Positions 15,713 through 23,552 are shown, numbered from the stretch's first letter. The stretch is DNA of 24,000 bases from Candidatus Caldarchaeum subterraneum (GCA_000270325.1 BA000048.1:187041-211040); one strand, 5' to 3'. Notes: a model not told the origin generated them from the sequence alone. Numbers and translations: made by a program.

Positions 15713-16171
15713 AATTGTTCTCCATTTGAGATTCATATTCTCCATCTCGCTGATTTTAGGGATGTCTCTGAGAGGTATTCTCTTCTAGTGATAGGAATAG
15801 AGTCCGTATATTATCTAGGCTTTCAAGGAATTTCAGGAGAGTTATTGCTGAGTATGGTGATTATATATCGTATTTGTGGTCGCCTATGCTGGAGAGATGA
15901 TAGCTTTGTATGCGTCTAGGAGGGGGTCTGTCCTGAAGGCTCTAGTCGTGTAAGATTGACCTGCTTATTGGTTTGTGCTGAGGACCTTAGAGACCATCAT
16001 GCGGCTGCCGTGGAACATGTCCAAGCTACGGCGAGAACATTTACATTAAGGCTTTTTTATTACACCATAAACAGACAGAGATCAGAACAACACCAAAAAC
16101 TGGATTTAAATATAGCTCCTTATTCTGACACTACTTTTAGACATTAGCAATATTAATATCTAACTGTCCTA

Positions 16172-17284
16172 ATGAGATTTTCGGAAACTTTGCTGGATGT
16201 TCTAAATCTAGTTAAAAAATTTGGGCGAGTGATTGCAGTTGACGGGGTCACGTTTAATGTCGAGAAGGGTGAATGCCTGGCTCTTCTAGGACCCAGCGGC
16301 TGCGGCAAAACAACAACCCTCCGATGTGTCGCAGGCCTCGAGAAAGCCGATATGGGAGAGATACGGATAGGAGACCGGGTTGTGTTTTCGAAGGATACTT
16401 TCCTACCGCCAGAGAAAAGAGGTGTTGGAATGGTTTTCCAAAGCTACGCTCTGTGGCCGCATATGACCGTTTTCGACAACGTCGCCTATCCGCTGAAAAT
16501 TAGAAAATATCAAAAAACAGAGATAAAAAACAGGGTTAGTCATGCCCTTGAACTGGTTGGCCTCGCAGGATTTGAGAACAGGTATCCGAGCCAGTTGAGC
16601 GGCGGACAGCAGCAGCGGGTGGCACTTGCTAGAGCCATAGTGTATGAGCCGAGCCTAATTTTGTTGGACGAGCCGTTAAGCAACTTGGACGCTAAACTAC
16701 GGGAGAAGATGAGGGTGGAGCTGAAGAGGCTTCTCAAAAAAATCGGCTTAACCACGCTCTATGTAACACATGACCAGGAAGAAGCCTTCGTCATCGCTGA
16801 CAAAGTCGCTGTCATGAATAACGGAAAGATAATGCAAATGGGCAAACCCCTGGAAATATATGAAAGACCTATCAACAGCTTCGTCGCAGAATTCATAGGA
16901 CGAGCAAACCTGATTGAGGCCAGAGTTGTTGAGAGAGGGGACAATTCTGGCATGGGCTTGATATCCTTAAGAAAACTCGGCGACATTATGCTACAGTGCC
17001 GTGTTCCCGAATACATTGGAACAGAATGCATAGCCGTTATAAGGTCCAACGAAATAGCCATTCGAAGCAGCGGGCGGGAAAATGGGTTAAACACATTGAC
17101 CGGCCATGTTTCATTCATCGAGTTCCGGGGGCAGTATATTGACCTGAGAGTGGACGTCGGCAACGGAGTGGAGATGGTTGTCAGCACTCATCGGTTCTGC
17201 GGAGTTGCAAACATCGAGGAACTTAGCGTCGGTAAAAAAGTGCACCTCTACATCGAGCCTGATGCAATAACCTTAACCCAGTAG
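16172..17284 (+). CDS. ABC transporter ATP-binding protein (FbpC/PotA/MalK-type with a C-terminal TOBE-like domain)
   Basis: 370 aa with Walker A GPSGCGKTT, Q-loop VFQSYALWPHMTV, signature LSGGQQQRVALARA, Walker B LILLDEPLSNLD and H-loop YVTHDQ. The extra C-terminal domain of about 130 aa is as in importer ATPases. Confidence 0.9.
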   Translation: MRFSETLLDVLNLVKKFGRVIAVDGVTFNVEKGECLALLGPSGCGKTTTLRCVAGLEKADMGEIRIGDRVVFSKDTFLPPEKRGVGMVFQSYALWPHMTVFDNVAYPLKIRKYQKTEIKNRVSHALELVGLAGFENRYPSQLSGGQQQRVALARAIVYEPSLILLDEPLSNLDAKLREKMRVELKRLLKKIGLTTLYVTHDQEEAFVIADKVAVMNNGKIMQMGKPLEIYERPINSFVAEFIGRANLIEARVVERGDNSGMGLISLRKLGDIMLQCRVPEYIGTECIAVIRSNEIAIRSSGRENGLNTLTGHVSFIEFRGQYIDLRVDVGNGVEMVVSTHRFCGVANIEELSVGKKVHLYIEPDAITLTQ

Positions 17285-17360
17285 GTGACAACATGTTAAA
17301 ACATTTTTACGGCGTTTGATGCGGCGAGGGAGATTATGTGGTTGACGGTGATCATCCTTT

Positions 17361-18305
17361 TTGGAAAAGATATTAATGCCCAGTGTGTTTTCCATCCTGT
17401 TGACGGGAGAAAGAATCCTACTTGGTTTCAACAAGTTCGCTTTTCACTGGTTCTTTCCCGAGCTCGTTGCTTTAGAGCATGGGTTTTTTGGTGAGAACGG
17501 TCTGAGATGCGAGTTGGTGGAGTTGAGGGGTGGAGGGGTGGAAAAGTCAGACCTCTACGTGGATGCTTTGAGAACAGGTAAAACAGATTTTTACCACTGC
17601 GGCGAATGGGTGGGTGTTGTCAGGGTTTTAAAGAACACGGCGGGGAAAATTGTCGCGCAGTCCAAGCCCGCACCCGGTACGCTCAACTCTTCTTTCACAA
17701 TATTTGTTAGACAGGATTCAGGAATCTCGTCGCCAAGGGATTTGGCTGGTAAGTCGATAGCGGTTGAAGCGGGAACAGGCTCTTTTTACGCCGCCCGCAT
17801 GGATTTAGAGCCTTATGTGAAGAGTGAGGAGATAAGGCTGATCAGCGTGTCGGAGCCTCATGCTAGGCTGAAGGCTTTGATGGATGGACGTGTAAGCGCG
17901 GCAAGTCTTCTCGGGCCTTGGACGAAGATAGCTGTAAAACTTGGACTCAAGCCTGTTTTAACCACTAAACGGGACAACCCCACTCTTCTCATCGTCTCCG
18001 ACCGTCTCGGCGACGAAACGGTTGTAAGGCTTATCAAATCTATTAACAAAGCAGTTGAAAAAATTAACTCAGACCCCTCGGCGTACAGTGATTTGTACAT
18101 GGATTATCTTAGGCAAGTGGTTGACGAGGGCGGATTGGACAGCAGATGGCTGGACAGCTTAGACAAAGACTCCCTTGTAGATAGATGGAGTACCTGGGAA
18201 CCATATTCATACAGTCGCTTGTATCAAGTTTCGCGCTGGATGTTGGAGAGAGGGCTTGTTTCCACGGTGCCTGACAACAATGTTGTGAGGAGTCTGCGGA
18301 TTTAA
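17361..18305 (+). CDS. NMT1/THI5-like (SsuA/TauA-type) periplasmic-binding-fold protein without an obvious signal peptide
   Basis: 314 aa, with a TTG start or ATG at 17376. ILLGFNKFAFHWFFPELVALEHGFFGENGL...LAGKSIAVEAGTGSFYAARMDL...LMDGRVSAASLLGPW follows the two-lobe NMT1/SsuA pattern. The N-terminus lacks a long hydrophobic segment or a lipobox. Confidence 0.7.
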   Translation: MEKILMPSVFSILLTGERILLGFNKFAFHWFFPELVALEHGFFGENGLRCELVELRGGGVEKSDLYVDALRTGKTDFYHCGEWVGVVRVLKNTAGKIVAQSKPAPGTLNSSFTIFVRQDSGISSPRDLAGKSIAVEAGTGSFYAARMDLEPYVKSEEIRLISVSEPHARLKALMDGRVSAASLLGPWTKIAVKLGLKPVLTTKRDNPTLLIVSDRLGDETVVRLIKSINKAVEKINSDPSAYSDLYMDYLRQVVDEGGLDSRWLDSLDKDSLVDRWSTWEPYSYSRLYQVSRWMLERGLVSTVPDNNVVRSLRI

Positions 18306-19996
18306 ATTGTTTTTTCCCGGATGATTCTGAAGCCGAATCTGTGAGCTATGAACAGAAGGCACATAAGTGTTGTTGTGTAGATAAGTCCTCCAGCAACGAC
18401 GGTTAATTTCTCGCCCGTGTTCCATAGGGCGAAAAGGGTTGTTGATAGAACTGTGGAGTTGTGTGTGACCAGCAGGACAGCGACACCTAGGTCTGTTATC
18501 GTTCTGATGAAAACATAGAGAGCTGCTGATGAAACAGCTGTTCGCAACAGCGGTATAGTTATTCGCGTGATTGTTGTAAAAACTCCTCCGCCGTGAACTA
18601 TAGCCGAATCCTCTAAGTCTCTGTGAATCTGCAGAAGCGAGCCAGACAGGAATCTTATAACCAGCGGGATGTATCTTAGGCTGTAAGCGTAAACAAGGGC
18701 CCAGATAGTTCCGTATAAACCTATGTCGATGTAGATGACTGACCAGAAGATACCCACGGCAAGCACAATAGGGGGAAAGGCAAGTGGAATAGATAATAAT
18801 GTGGTGAGGGCTCTTCCCCCGCGTATTGGTCTTCTAACACTAAAGTATGTTCCAAGAAACCCTATTCCAACAGCTAACGCAGTTGAGGAAAATGAAACCA
18901 CTAAACTGTTTACAAATGCTTGGCTTGTTGTTGGATAGTTGAAGAATTTTATGTAGTTGTCCAAAGTGATGTTCGTGAATAGATACTCCGGGTTCCAGTA
19001 TTTTTGGAAGGATGCTGCTGCTAAAGTGGCTATCAAGGGTATGGGATGTATCAAGAGATATCCAATCAAGATCAACGTTCCTAGGGGCCTGTATTTTCCA
19101 AGGCTTAACTCGGCGACTATACCTGTTTTCCCGGTCAGCGTCTCGTATCTATCGGCTTTTTTTGAAAACCAGTTGTAGACAATAATCAGCAGAATGGATA
19201 TGGTTAACAAAGTTGTAGCGTAGGCTGTTGCCGAACCGTATCTTGGAGGAACCTCGCTCACCAACTGTGAGTATATTGTTGTGGTTATCACGTAGACGCC
19301 CGACGGTATGCCTATTATGGCAGGTGTATCAAAGGCTTCGAGGGCTACTATGAAGCAGTAAAGGAATGCTGACGCGATGGATGGGGCGCTGAGAGGAAGC
19401 ACTATACGTTTATAAACTTGGAACAACCCTCCGCCGGATATTCTCCCAATCTCTTCAAGCGACCTATCGAACAAGGTGAATGTCGGAGCTGTAATCATAA
19501 GTGCTACGGGGGTGAGGTTTATCCCCATAACCAACGTCATCCCCTGCAACGTGTAAAGGTTTACCAACGGCTCCTCAAACCCGGTTAAACGCATGTAAGC
19601 CATGTTGACTAAGCCTGTCCTCGGGCTGAGCAAATAGGTCCAGCCAATGCTTTCTACGGAGGAGGGGATGGCGAAAGTGATTAAGGAGGCGTAAACGACG
19701 GTTTTTTTGAAGAACACATCTGTACGGGAGGCTAAGAATGCAAGAGTTGAGCCGACAACGGTGGCCAGCAGAGCGGACCCCGCGGCGAACACAAAAGTGT
19801 TTAACAAAACTGTTCCAAGATACTTGTCATTGAACAACTCAATATAGTTGGAAAAAGTCAAGTGGCCAGGTTTTCCGGGTGCTGAACTCCAAACAGTGCC
19901 AAAAAAGAGAAAGGCAGCCGGTTGGAGAACCAGAAAACCTCCTATGGTGAAGATTATGTAGGTTAGGAGTCTTGGGGTATACTGCTTTAGCCGCAT
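18302..19996 (-). CDS. ABC transporter permease, duplicated (two BPD_transp_1 halves, FbpB/ThiP-like)
   Basis: 564 aa with about 12 hydrophobic segments. There are two EAA-like loops: SLEEIGRISGGGLFQVYKRIVLP and DLEDSAIVHGGGVFTTITRITIPLL. It overlaps the convergent NMT1-like gene by 4 nt. Confidence 0.85.
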   Translation of the reverse strand: MRLKQYTPRLLTYIIFTIGGFLVLQPAAFLFFGTVWSSAPGKPGHLTFSNYIELFNDKYLGTVLLNTFVFAAGSALLATVVGSTLAFLASRTDVFFKKTVVYASLITFAIPSSVESIGWTYLLSPRTGLVNMAYMRLTGFEEPLVNLYTLQGMTLVMGINLTPVALMITAPTFTLFDRSLEEIGRISGGGLFQVYKRIVLPLSAPSIASAFLYCFIVALEAFDTPAIIGIPSGVYVITTTIYSQLVSEVPPRYGSATAYATTLLTISILLIIVYNWFSKKADRYETLTGKTGIVAELSLGKYRPLGTLILIGYLLIHPIPLIATLAAASFQKYWNPEYLFTNITLDNYIKFFNYPTTSQAFVNSLVVSFSSTALAVGIGFLGTYFSVRRPIRGGRALTTLLSIPLAFPPIVLAVGIFWSVIYIDIGLYGTIWALVYAYSLRYIPLVIRFLSGSLLQIHRDLEDSAIVHGGGVFTTITRITIPLLRTAVSSAALYVFIRTITDLGVAVLLVTHNSTVLSTTLFALWNTGEKLTVVAGGLIYTTTLMCLLFIAHRFGFRIIREKTI

Positions 19997-20002
19997 TTTG
20001 TT

Positions 20003-21244
20003 CTACTTTGCGCCGAATCCCATGTCCTTAAACCTTGTAGCCCAGTCCCTGGCCTTTGCTATGGCCTCCTCGTCTGGATAGTTAACGATTTTCAGAGTAG
20101 GTGGAAAAAAGTTTTGGATGGTAAACTTTGCGGGTGTTTGTGGTCGAGCGGGAAACCTGACAGGTGTGTTGCCTATTATTGTTTGACCTTCTTGGGACAG
20201 TAGATAGTCGACTAGGAGCTTCGCTGAGTTGGGGTTTTTCGTTGTGTTTATTATGGCTACGTGGGCGAATGTTGTGAGTAACGGTACTTCGGATGGGAGG
20301 AAGTAGTCAACAGGGGCTCCCTGCATCTTCAGCCTAACGATGTCGTGAAGGTTTGCGATAAGGCCAATGTAGTATTCTCCGCTGGCAACTTTCTCAGCCA
20401 CAGTCGCTGTCGAGATGTCGAGAACCGGCTTAACGTTTGTAGCCAGCCTTTCTATGAAACGATTCCACGCTGTTTCACCGATTATGTTTTTCAGCGTAAC
20501 AAGATACTGTGTTCCCACTGTCCCGAGAGTTATGTCATGCATTATCACTTTACCTTGCCACTGTGGGTCTGTGAGCTGGTCCAGCGTTGAGGGGGGTTGT
20601 TTAACTTTGTCGGTGTTGTATGCGAAGGCTATAGGGAGGAGGACGAATGCTGTCCATTCTCCGTTCCTGTCCTTTAGCATCTCTGGGTATGAAGCTGCTG
20701 ATGGCGAGACATAGGGCAGGTAGTGTTTTTCCTGCGCCAACCTTATTCCAGTTGTGTGAGAAATGACCACCAAATCCGCTGTAGGCTTGTTGGCGGATAT
20801 CTCGCTAGTAACCCTTGTATACACCTCCGGGGGCCTCATAGACTCGTAGACCACCTGAATAAATGGATATTTTGCCTGAAAAGCGTCCAATGTTGATTTG
20901 ATGTCGGCGTAGTCTACACTGCCGTAGACCACAAGCTTTCCGCTCTCCCTTCTCGCCGCTTCAATCTTTGCCTGTGTCTCCTCCCTTTCGGCGATAATTT
21001 TCTCAGCTTGCTGAGGAGATTCGATACCCGCGGCCTTGGCATAAAGTATGATGAGCTTCTCGAGGGAATCAAGACGGCTTTGAAGGTAATCGATTTTGGG
21101 CTGAATTTGTCTAACTGCTGCCGACGAGGCGTCCGACTGAATCATTTGAAGACTAGAAGCTGTGTAACCCGCCGCCAACAAGGAGATTAGAACCGCGACA
21201 ACAGCAATTAAGAGGGGTGTTTTCCCAGCCGCTGCACCGGCCAT
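20003..21244 (-). CDS. ABC transporter substrate-binding protein (family 1, FbpA/AfuA/ThiB-like) with an N-terminal TM anchor and a helical stalk
   Basis: KLVVYGSVDYADIKSTLDAFQAKYPFIQVVYESMRPPEVYTRV...ADLVVISH...WTAFVLLPIAFAYNTD...WQGKVIMHD is the typical Fe3+/thiamine-type SBP pattern. The ORF track starts at 21352, but that would overlap the divergent regulator. The ATG at 21244 (MAGAAAGKTPLLIAVVAVLISLLAAGY) gives a sensible anchor. Confidence 0.8.
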   Translation of the reverse strand: MAGAAAGKTPLLIAVVAVLISLLAAGYTASSLQMIQSDASSAAVRQIQPKIDYLQSRLDSLEKLIILYAKAAGIESPQQAEKIIAEREETQAKIEAARRESGKLVVYGSVDYADIKSTLDAFQAKYPFIQVVYESMRPPEVYTRVTSEISANKPTADLVVISHTTGIRLAQEKHYLPYVSPSAASYPEMLKDRNGEWTAFVLLPIAFAYNTDKVKQPPSTLDQLTDPQWQGKVIMHDITLGTVGTQYLVTLKNIIGETAWNRFIERLATNVKPVLDISTATVAEKVASGEYYIGLIANLHDIVRLKMQGAPVDYFLPSEVPLLTTFAHVAIINTTKNPNSAKLLVDYLLSQEGQTIIGNTPVRFPARPQTPAKFTIQNFFPPTLKIVNYPDEEAIAKARDWATRFKDMGFGAK

Positions 21245-21266
21245 AAACCGTTGTAGGATGGTATTG

Positions 21267-21295
21267 TTTATATTTCTTTTGTCATAATTTTTTTG
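21267..21295. promoter_or_regulatory. AT-rich TATA-like elements in the divergent spacer between the SBP gene and the wHTH regulator gene
   Basis: TTTATATTTCTTTTGTCATAATTTTTTTG lies between the starts at 21244 (-) and 21300 (+). TTTATAT is about 30 nt upstream of the TTG at 21300, which fits a leaderless transcript. Confidence 0.3.
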
Positions 21296-21299
21296 ACAC

Positions 21300-22034
21300 T
21301 TGAATACCAGAGAGAACATCATAAGAATGCTTGCAGCTGGGCCTTTGACCATCTCCCAGCTCGCTTTTAGACTGGGTATCCCGAGACAGTTGGTTCACTA
21401 CCATGTGAAACATCTGCAGTCTGAAGGCCTAATTAGGGTTAAAGATGTTGTGAAAACAGGCAGAAGAGTTTCCTCGAAGGCATACATGTTGAAACAGGGT
21501 GCAGTCCTCGCTGTCGCTGACCCATACGAGGTGGAAAAGGTATCGGCTTGGCTGGAACACTATTATGTTAGAAACGTCCGCAATATGAGTAAAAAAAGTC
21601 GAACCGCAAAGAATCCCAGTATTGAGCTCCCTTTGTTCTTTTACCACTTAATGAGGCTGTGTTCAAACCCGGGAATGGATGCTGGCGGTCTTTTCAGAAT
21701 ATATGGTGAGCGGTTTGCCGAAGATGTGATAATAAAAAATGTTCACCCAAATGACAGTAGGGGCTCAGGGTTCAAGATGTTTGGAAAAGCTCTGCTATTG
21801 TTTAAAGAGTTTGCTTCCGCAAATTTGGCGATGATGAATGAAAATGGGCTGATTCATTTCCGGGCATTCCTGGGCTCGGACGTGTATGACTCGAGGGTTG
21901 ACGAATTCATTCATTCAGTGTTGCGGCGACTTGTGAATGCTTATCTGGGAGGTAGGTTTGTTGTTCACAAGTTTCCGCCTAACGGGAAGACATATTCATA
22001 CATTATCAAGAGAACTGGTGTCAAGGAGCTGTAG
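21300..22034 (+). CDS. Winged-HTH (ArsR/TrmB-like) transcriptional regulator with an uncharacterised C-terminal domain of about 170 aa
   Basis: The N-terminus reads RENIIRMLAAGPLTISQLAFRLGIPRQLVHYHVKHLQSEGLIRV (HTH plus wing). It has a TTG start, with an alternative ATG at 21327. It is divergent from the SBP gene and overlaps the convergent pqqC-like gene by 14 nt. Confidence 0.7.
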   Translation: MNTRENIIRMLAAGPLTISQLAFRLGIPRQLVHYHVKHLQSEGLIRVKDVVKTGRRVSSKAYMLKQGAVLAVADPYEVEKVSAWLEHYYVRNVRNMSKKSRTAKNPSIELPLFFYHLMRLCSNPGMDAGGLFRIYGERFAEDVIIKNVHPNDSRGSGFKMFGKALLLFKEFASANLAMMNENGLIHFRAFLGSDVYDSRVDEFIHSVLRRLVNAYLGGRFVVHKFPPNGKTYSYIIKRTGVKEL

Positions 22035-22647
22035 CTTTTTTGGAAACAACGTAACCCATGTAAATGGCGTCAAGCATGGACCAGTGGACATCGCAGTTGA
22101 AGGCCGCTGCTTGCAGGCATTTTTTCAGCATCTCTCTGCCTCTTATATGTGGGGCGACAAGTTCAAGAACCAGGTCTACATCTTCCTTAAGGTAGGAGAG
22201 CCTTTCAAGAAAGAACTCTACACCTCGCTGGTCAATCCAGTTGTAATGGTTTCTCAAAGCAGTTATTCTCTTGGGAAGCTCGTCTAATGCGAAGAGTTCC
22301 GAGAGCGATGCCGCCGCACCCTCAAACCAACTAACGGTTCTAACAAAGTTGATGTATGCGTCAACAGCCATCCTCACTCCCGGCAATATGTCCATTTTCT
22401 CCAAGGTAGTGCTCGCTATCCCAGCTGCCTCCGCAAACTTCGCCCACCCCTCTACATCTCCTCTATAGGCGCCCAAGCCCTCTCTTTTCATCATGCGCTG
22501 CAGCCACATCTTTCTCGACACGGGTTCTGTGATGTTTGACAGTATGATGGAGTCTTTCACGGGGATTTGTCGTTGATAGTAGTAGCGGTTGATAATCCAG
22601 CCTCTGACCTGCTGGGGTGTTAGTTTTCCGTTGTAGAAAAGCTTCAT
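22021..22647 (-). CDS. pqqC: PqqC homolog (pyrroloquinoline-quinone synthase-like, heme-oxygenase-like fold); homology continues upstream to 22701 without a start codon
   Basis: LTPQQVRGWIINRYYYQRQIPVKDSIILSN...VEGWAKFAEAAGI...ILPGVRMAVDAYINFVR...AAASLSELFA...FNCDVHWSMLDAIYMGYV tracks bacterial PqqC block by block (NR.YYQ..IP.KD, LPGVRFAVDAY.NF, SLTELFAP, KxDxLWxxLDA). See the finding on the upstream extension and the A8 run. Confidence 0.85.
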   Translation of the reverse strand: MKLFYNGKLTPQQVRGWIINRYYYQRQIPVKDSIILSNITEPVSRKMWLQRMMKREGLGAYRGDVEGWAKFAEAAGIASTTLEKMDILPGVRMAVDAYINFVRTVSWFEGAAASLSELFALDELPKRITALRNHYNWIDQRGVEFFLERLSYLKEDVDLVLELVAPHIRGREMLKKCLQAAAFNCDVHWSMLDAIYMGYVVSKKATAP

Positions 22648-23513
22648 GAAAGGATGGTTTGAAAAATATCTGTCGGCGATATGTTTCTTAATTTTTTTTG
22701 CTCAGCTCTTGTGGCTGCAACCTGAGAGGGGTTCTTGAGAATTAGATTTAACCATATTCCCGAGGATGCCGCCAAAGCGAGGAAAAACCCTTGAAAAGCT
22801 TGAGCGACCAAGTAGTAGATGTTTTCTGGAAGCGGGAGAACTAGCAGGGTTCCAGCCCGCCACAAAACATCGGCAAAAACACTGGCTAGGACAAGGGCGA
22901 CTACGCAAAAGCCCGTGAGCAAAGCAAACCTGTGAACATAATTCGTCCAGCCTTTAAAGAACATAAAGGTTATCAGGAGAAGTGATAACGCCATTGCTGT
23001 ACGGAGTAGGTTGGAGTAAACATTGTTTCCTAAGGCATCTACGCCGGGCATGACAGCAAACCAGAACAATACACTAAGCCCTGCATACGTCTCGAGGGAC
23101 CAGTCCTCATTTCTGGTTTTAGTTGAATGTCTCAGCTGCATTGGGAGCCTGTATCCAAGCAAAAACGCTCCCATACTTAGCTGGGTTGAGATAACAATCG
23201 AGAAGATGGCCTGAGGGAGTGTAGGCGCCTGTTCGACAACCAGTCTTCCGAGAAGTTTACCCGCCGTAATGGCGAAGACGAGAAAGACTTCTTCGCCTCT
23301 TCCGAGTTGGGACCCCTGCAGAAGTCCGTAAACCAGAAATATGATGGTTAACTGAAAAACCACATAGTGGACAAAATAGTAAGCAGCCAGCGACTCGTAA
23401 ACACCTCCACCTCTAGTCAGCAGATACATTCTCAAGTCCATGGCCATGTTGTCGACAAGCAGAGAAACCAAGAAGACGCCGACAAACAATGCAGCGGCCT
23501 TTGCAAAATTCAC
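22644..23513 (-). CDS. Polytopic membrane protein (about 8 hydrophobic segments), unknown family; probable N-terminal part of a membrane-PqqC fusion
   Basis: 289 aa with a GTG start. It has hydrophobic helices throughout: AALFVGVFLVSLLV, YYFVHYVVFQLTIIFLVYGLL, VFLVFAITAGKLLG, IFSIVISTQLSMGAFLLG, GLSVLFWFAVMPGV, AMALSLLLITFMFF, LLTGFCVVALVLASVF and GFFLALAASSGIWLNLIL. Its stop overlaps the pqqC ATG (ATGA). Confidence 0.7.
   Translation of the reverse strand: MNFAKAAALFVGVFLVSLLVDNMAMDLRMYLLTRGGGVYESLAAYYFVHYVVFQLTIIFLVYGLLQGSQLGRGEEVFLVFAITAGKLLGRLVVEQAPTLPQAIFSIVISTQLSMGAFLLGYRLPMQLRHSTKTRNEDWSLETYAGLSVLFWFAVMPGVDALGNNVYSNLLRTAMALSLLLITFMFFKGWTNYVHRFALLTGFCVVALVLASVFADVLWRAGTLLVLPLPENIYYLVAQAFQGFFLALAASSGIWLNLILKNPSQVAATRAEQKKLRNISPTDIFQTILS
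22692..22699 (-). other. A8 homopolymer, giving an A_AAA_AAA heptamer in the frame of the membrane gene (candidate -1 frameshift / slippage site or indel site)
   Basis: The minus strand reads GAG CAA AAA AAA TTA in the membrane-gene frame. The PqqC frame opens immediately here, after a TGA at 22704-22702. A weak hairpin, ATATC-GCCGACA-GATAT (22666-22682), lies 9 nt downstream. Confidence 0.4.
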
Positions 23514-23534
23514 ACCAGCCCCCTTCCCTACGAC

Positions 23535-23552
23535 TTTATAAAATTTATTAAT
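23535..23552. promoter_or_regulatory. AT-rich TATA-like element in the 91-bp divergent spacer between the membrane/pqqC unit and the cupredoxin gene
   Basis: TTTATAAAATTTATTAAT is the only strongly AT-rich element between the starts at 23513 (-) and 23605 (+). It resembles an archaeal TATA box in both orientations. No experimental support. Confidence 0.3.

Noticed and set aside
15880-15945. Possible C/D-box sRNA (GAGATGATAG ... CCTGAAGG) in the long spacer
   Set aside because: The C-box is imperfect (TGATAG rather than TGATGA). I could not find internal D'/C' boxes at the expected spacing or terminal pairing.
21245-21352. Upstream 36-codon extension of the substrate-binding protein ORF
   Set aside because: It would overlap the divergent regulator gene by more than 50 nt and adds a non-signal-like peptide. 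The internal Met at 21244 is followed directly by a TM anchor.
22021-22647. Alternative reading of the PqqC-like protein as TenA (thiaminase II), given the neighbouring ThiB/ThiP-like transporter and NMT1/THI5-like protein
   Set aside because: The block-by-block similarity (NRYYYQ..IP.KD, LPGVR.AVDAY.NF, CDV.W..LDA) is to PqqC proper rather than TenA as I remember those families. The NMT1-like protein lacks the Cys-rich motif I associate with THI5 HMP synthases. This remains worth a formal phylogeny.
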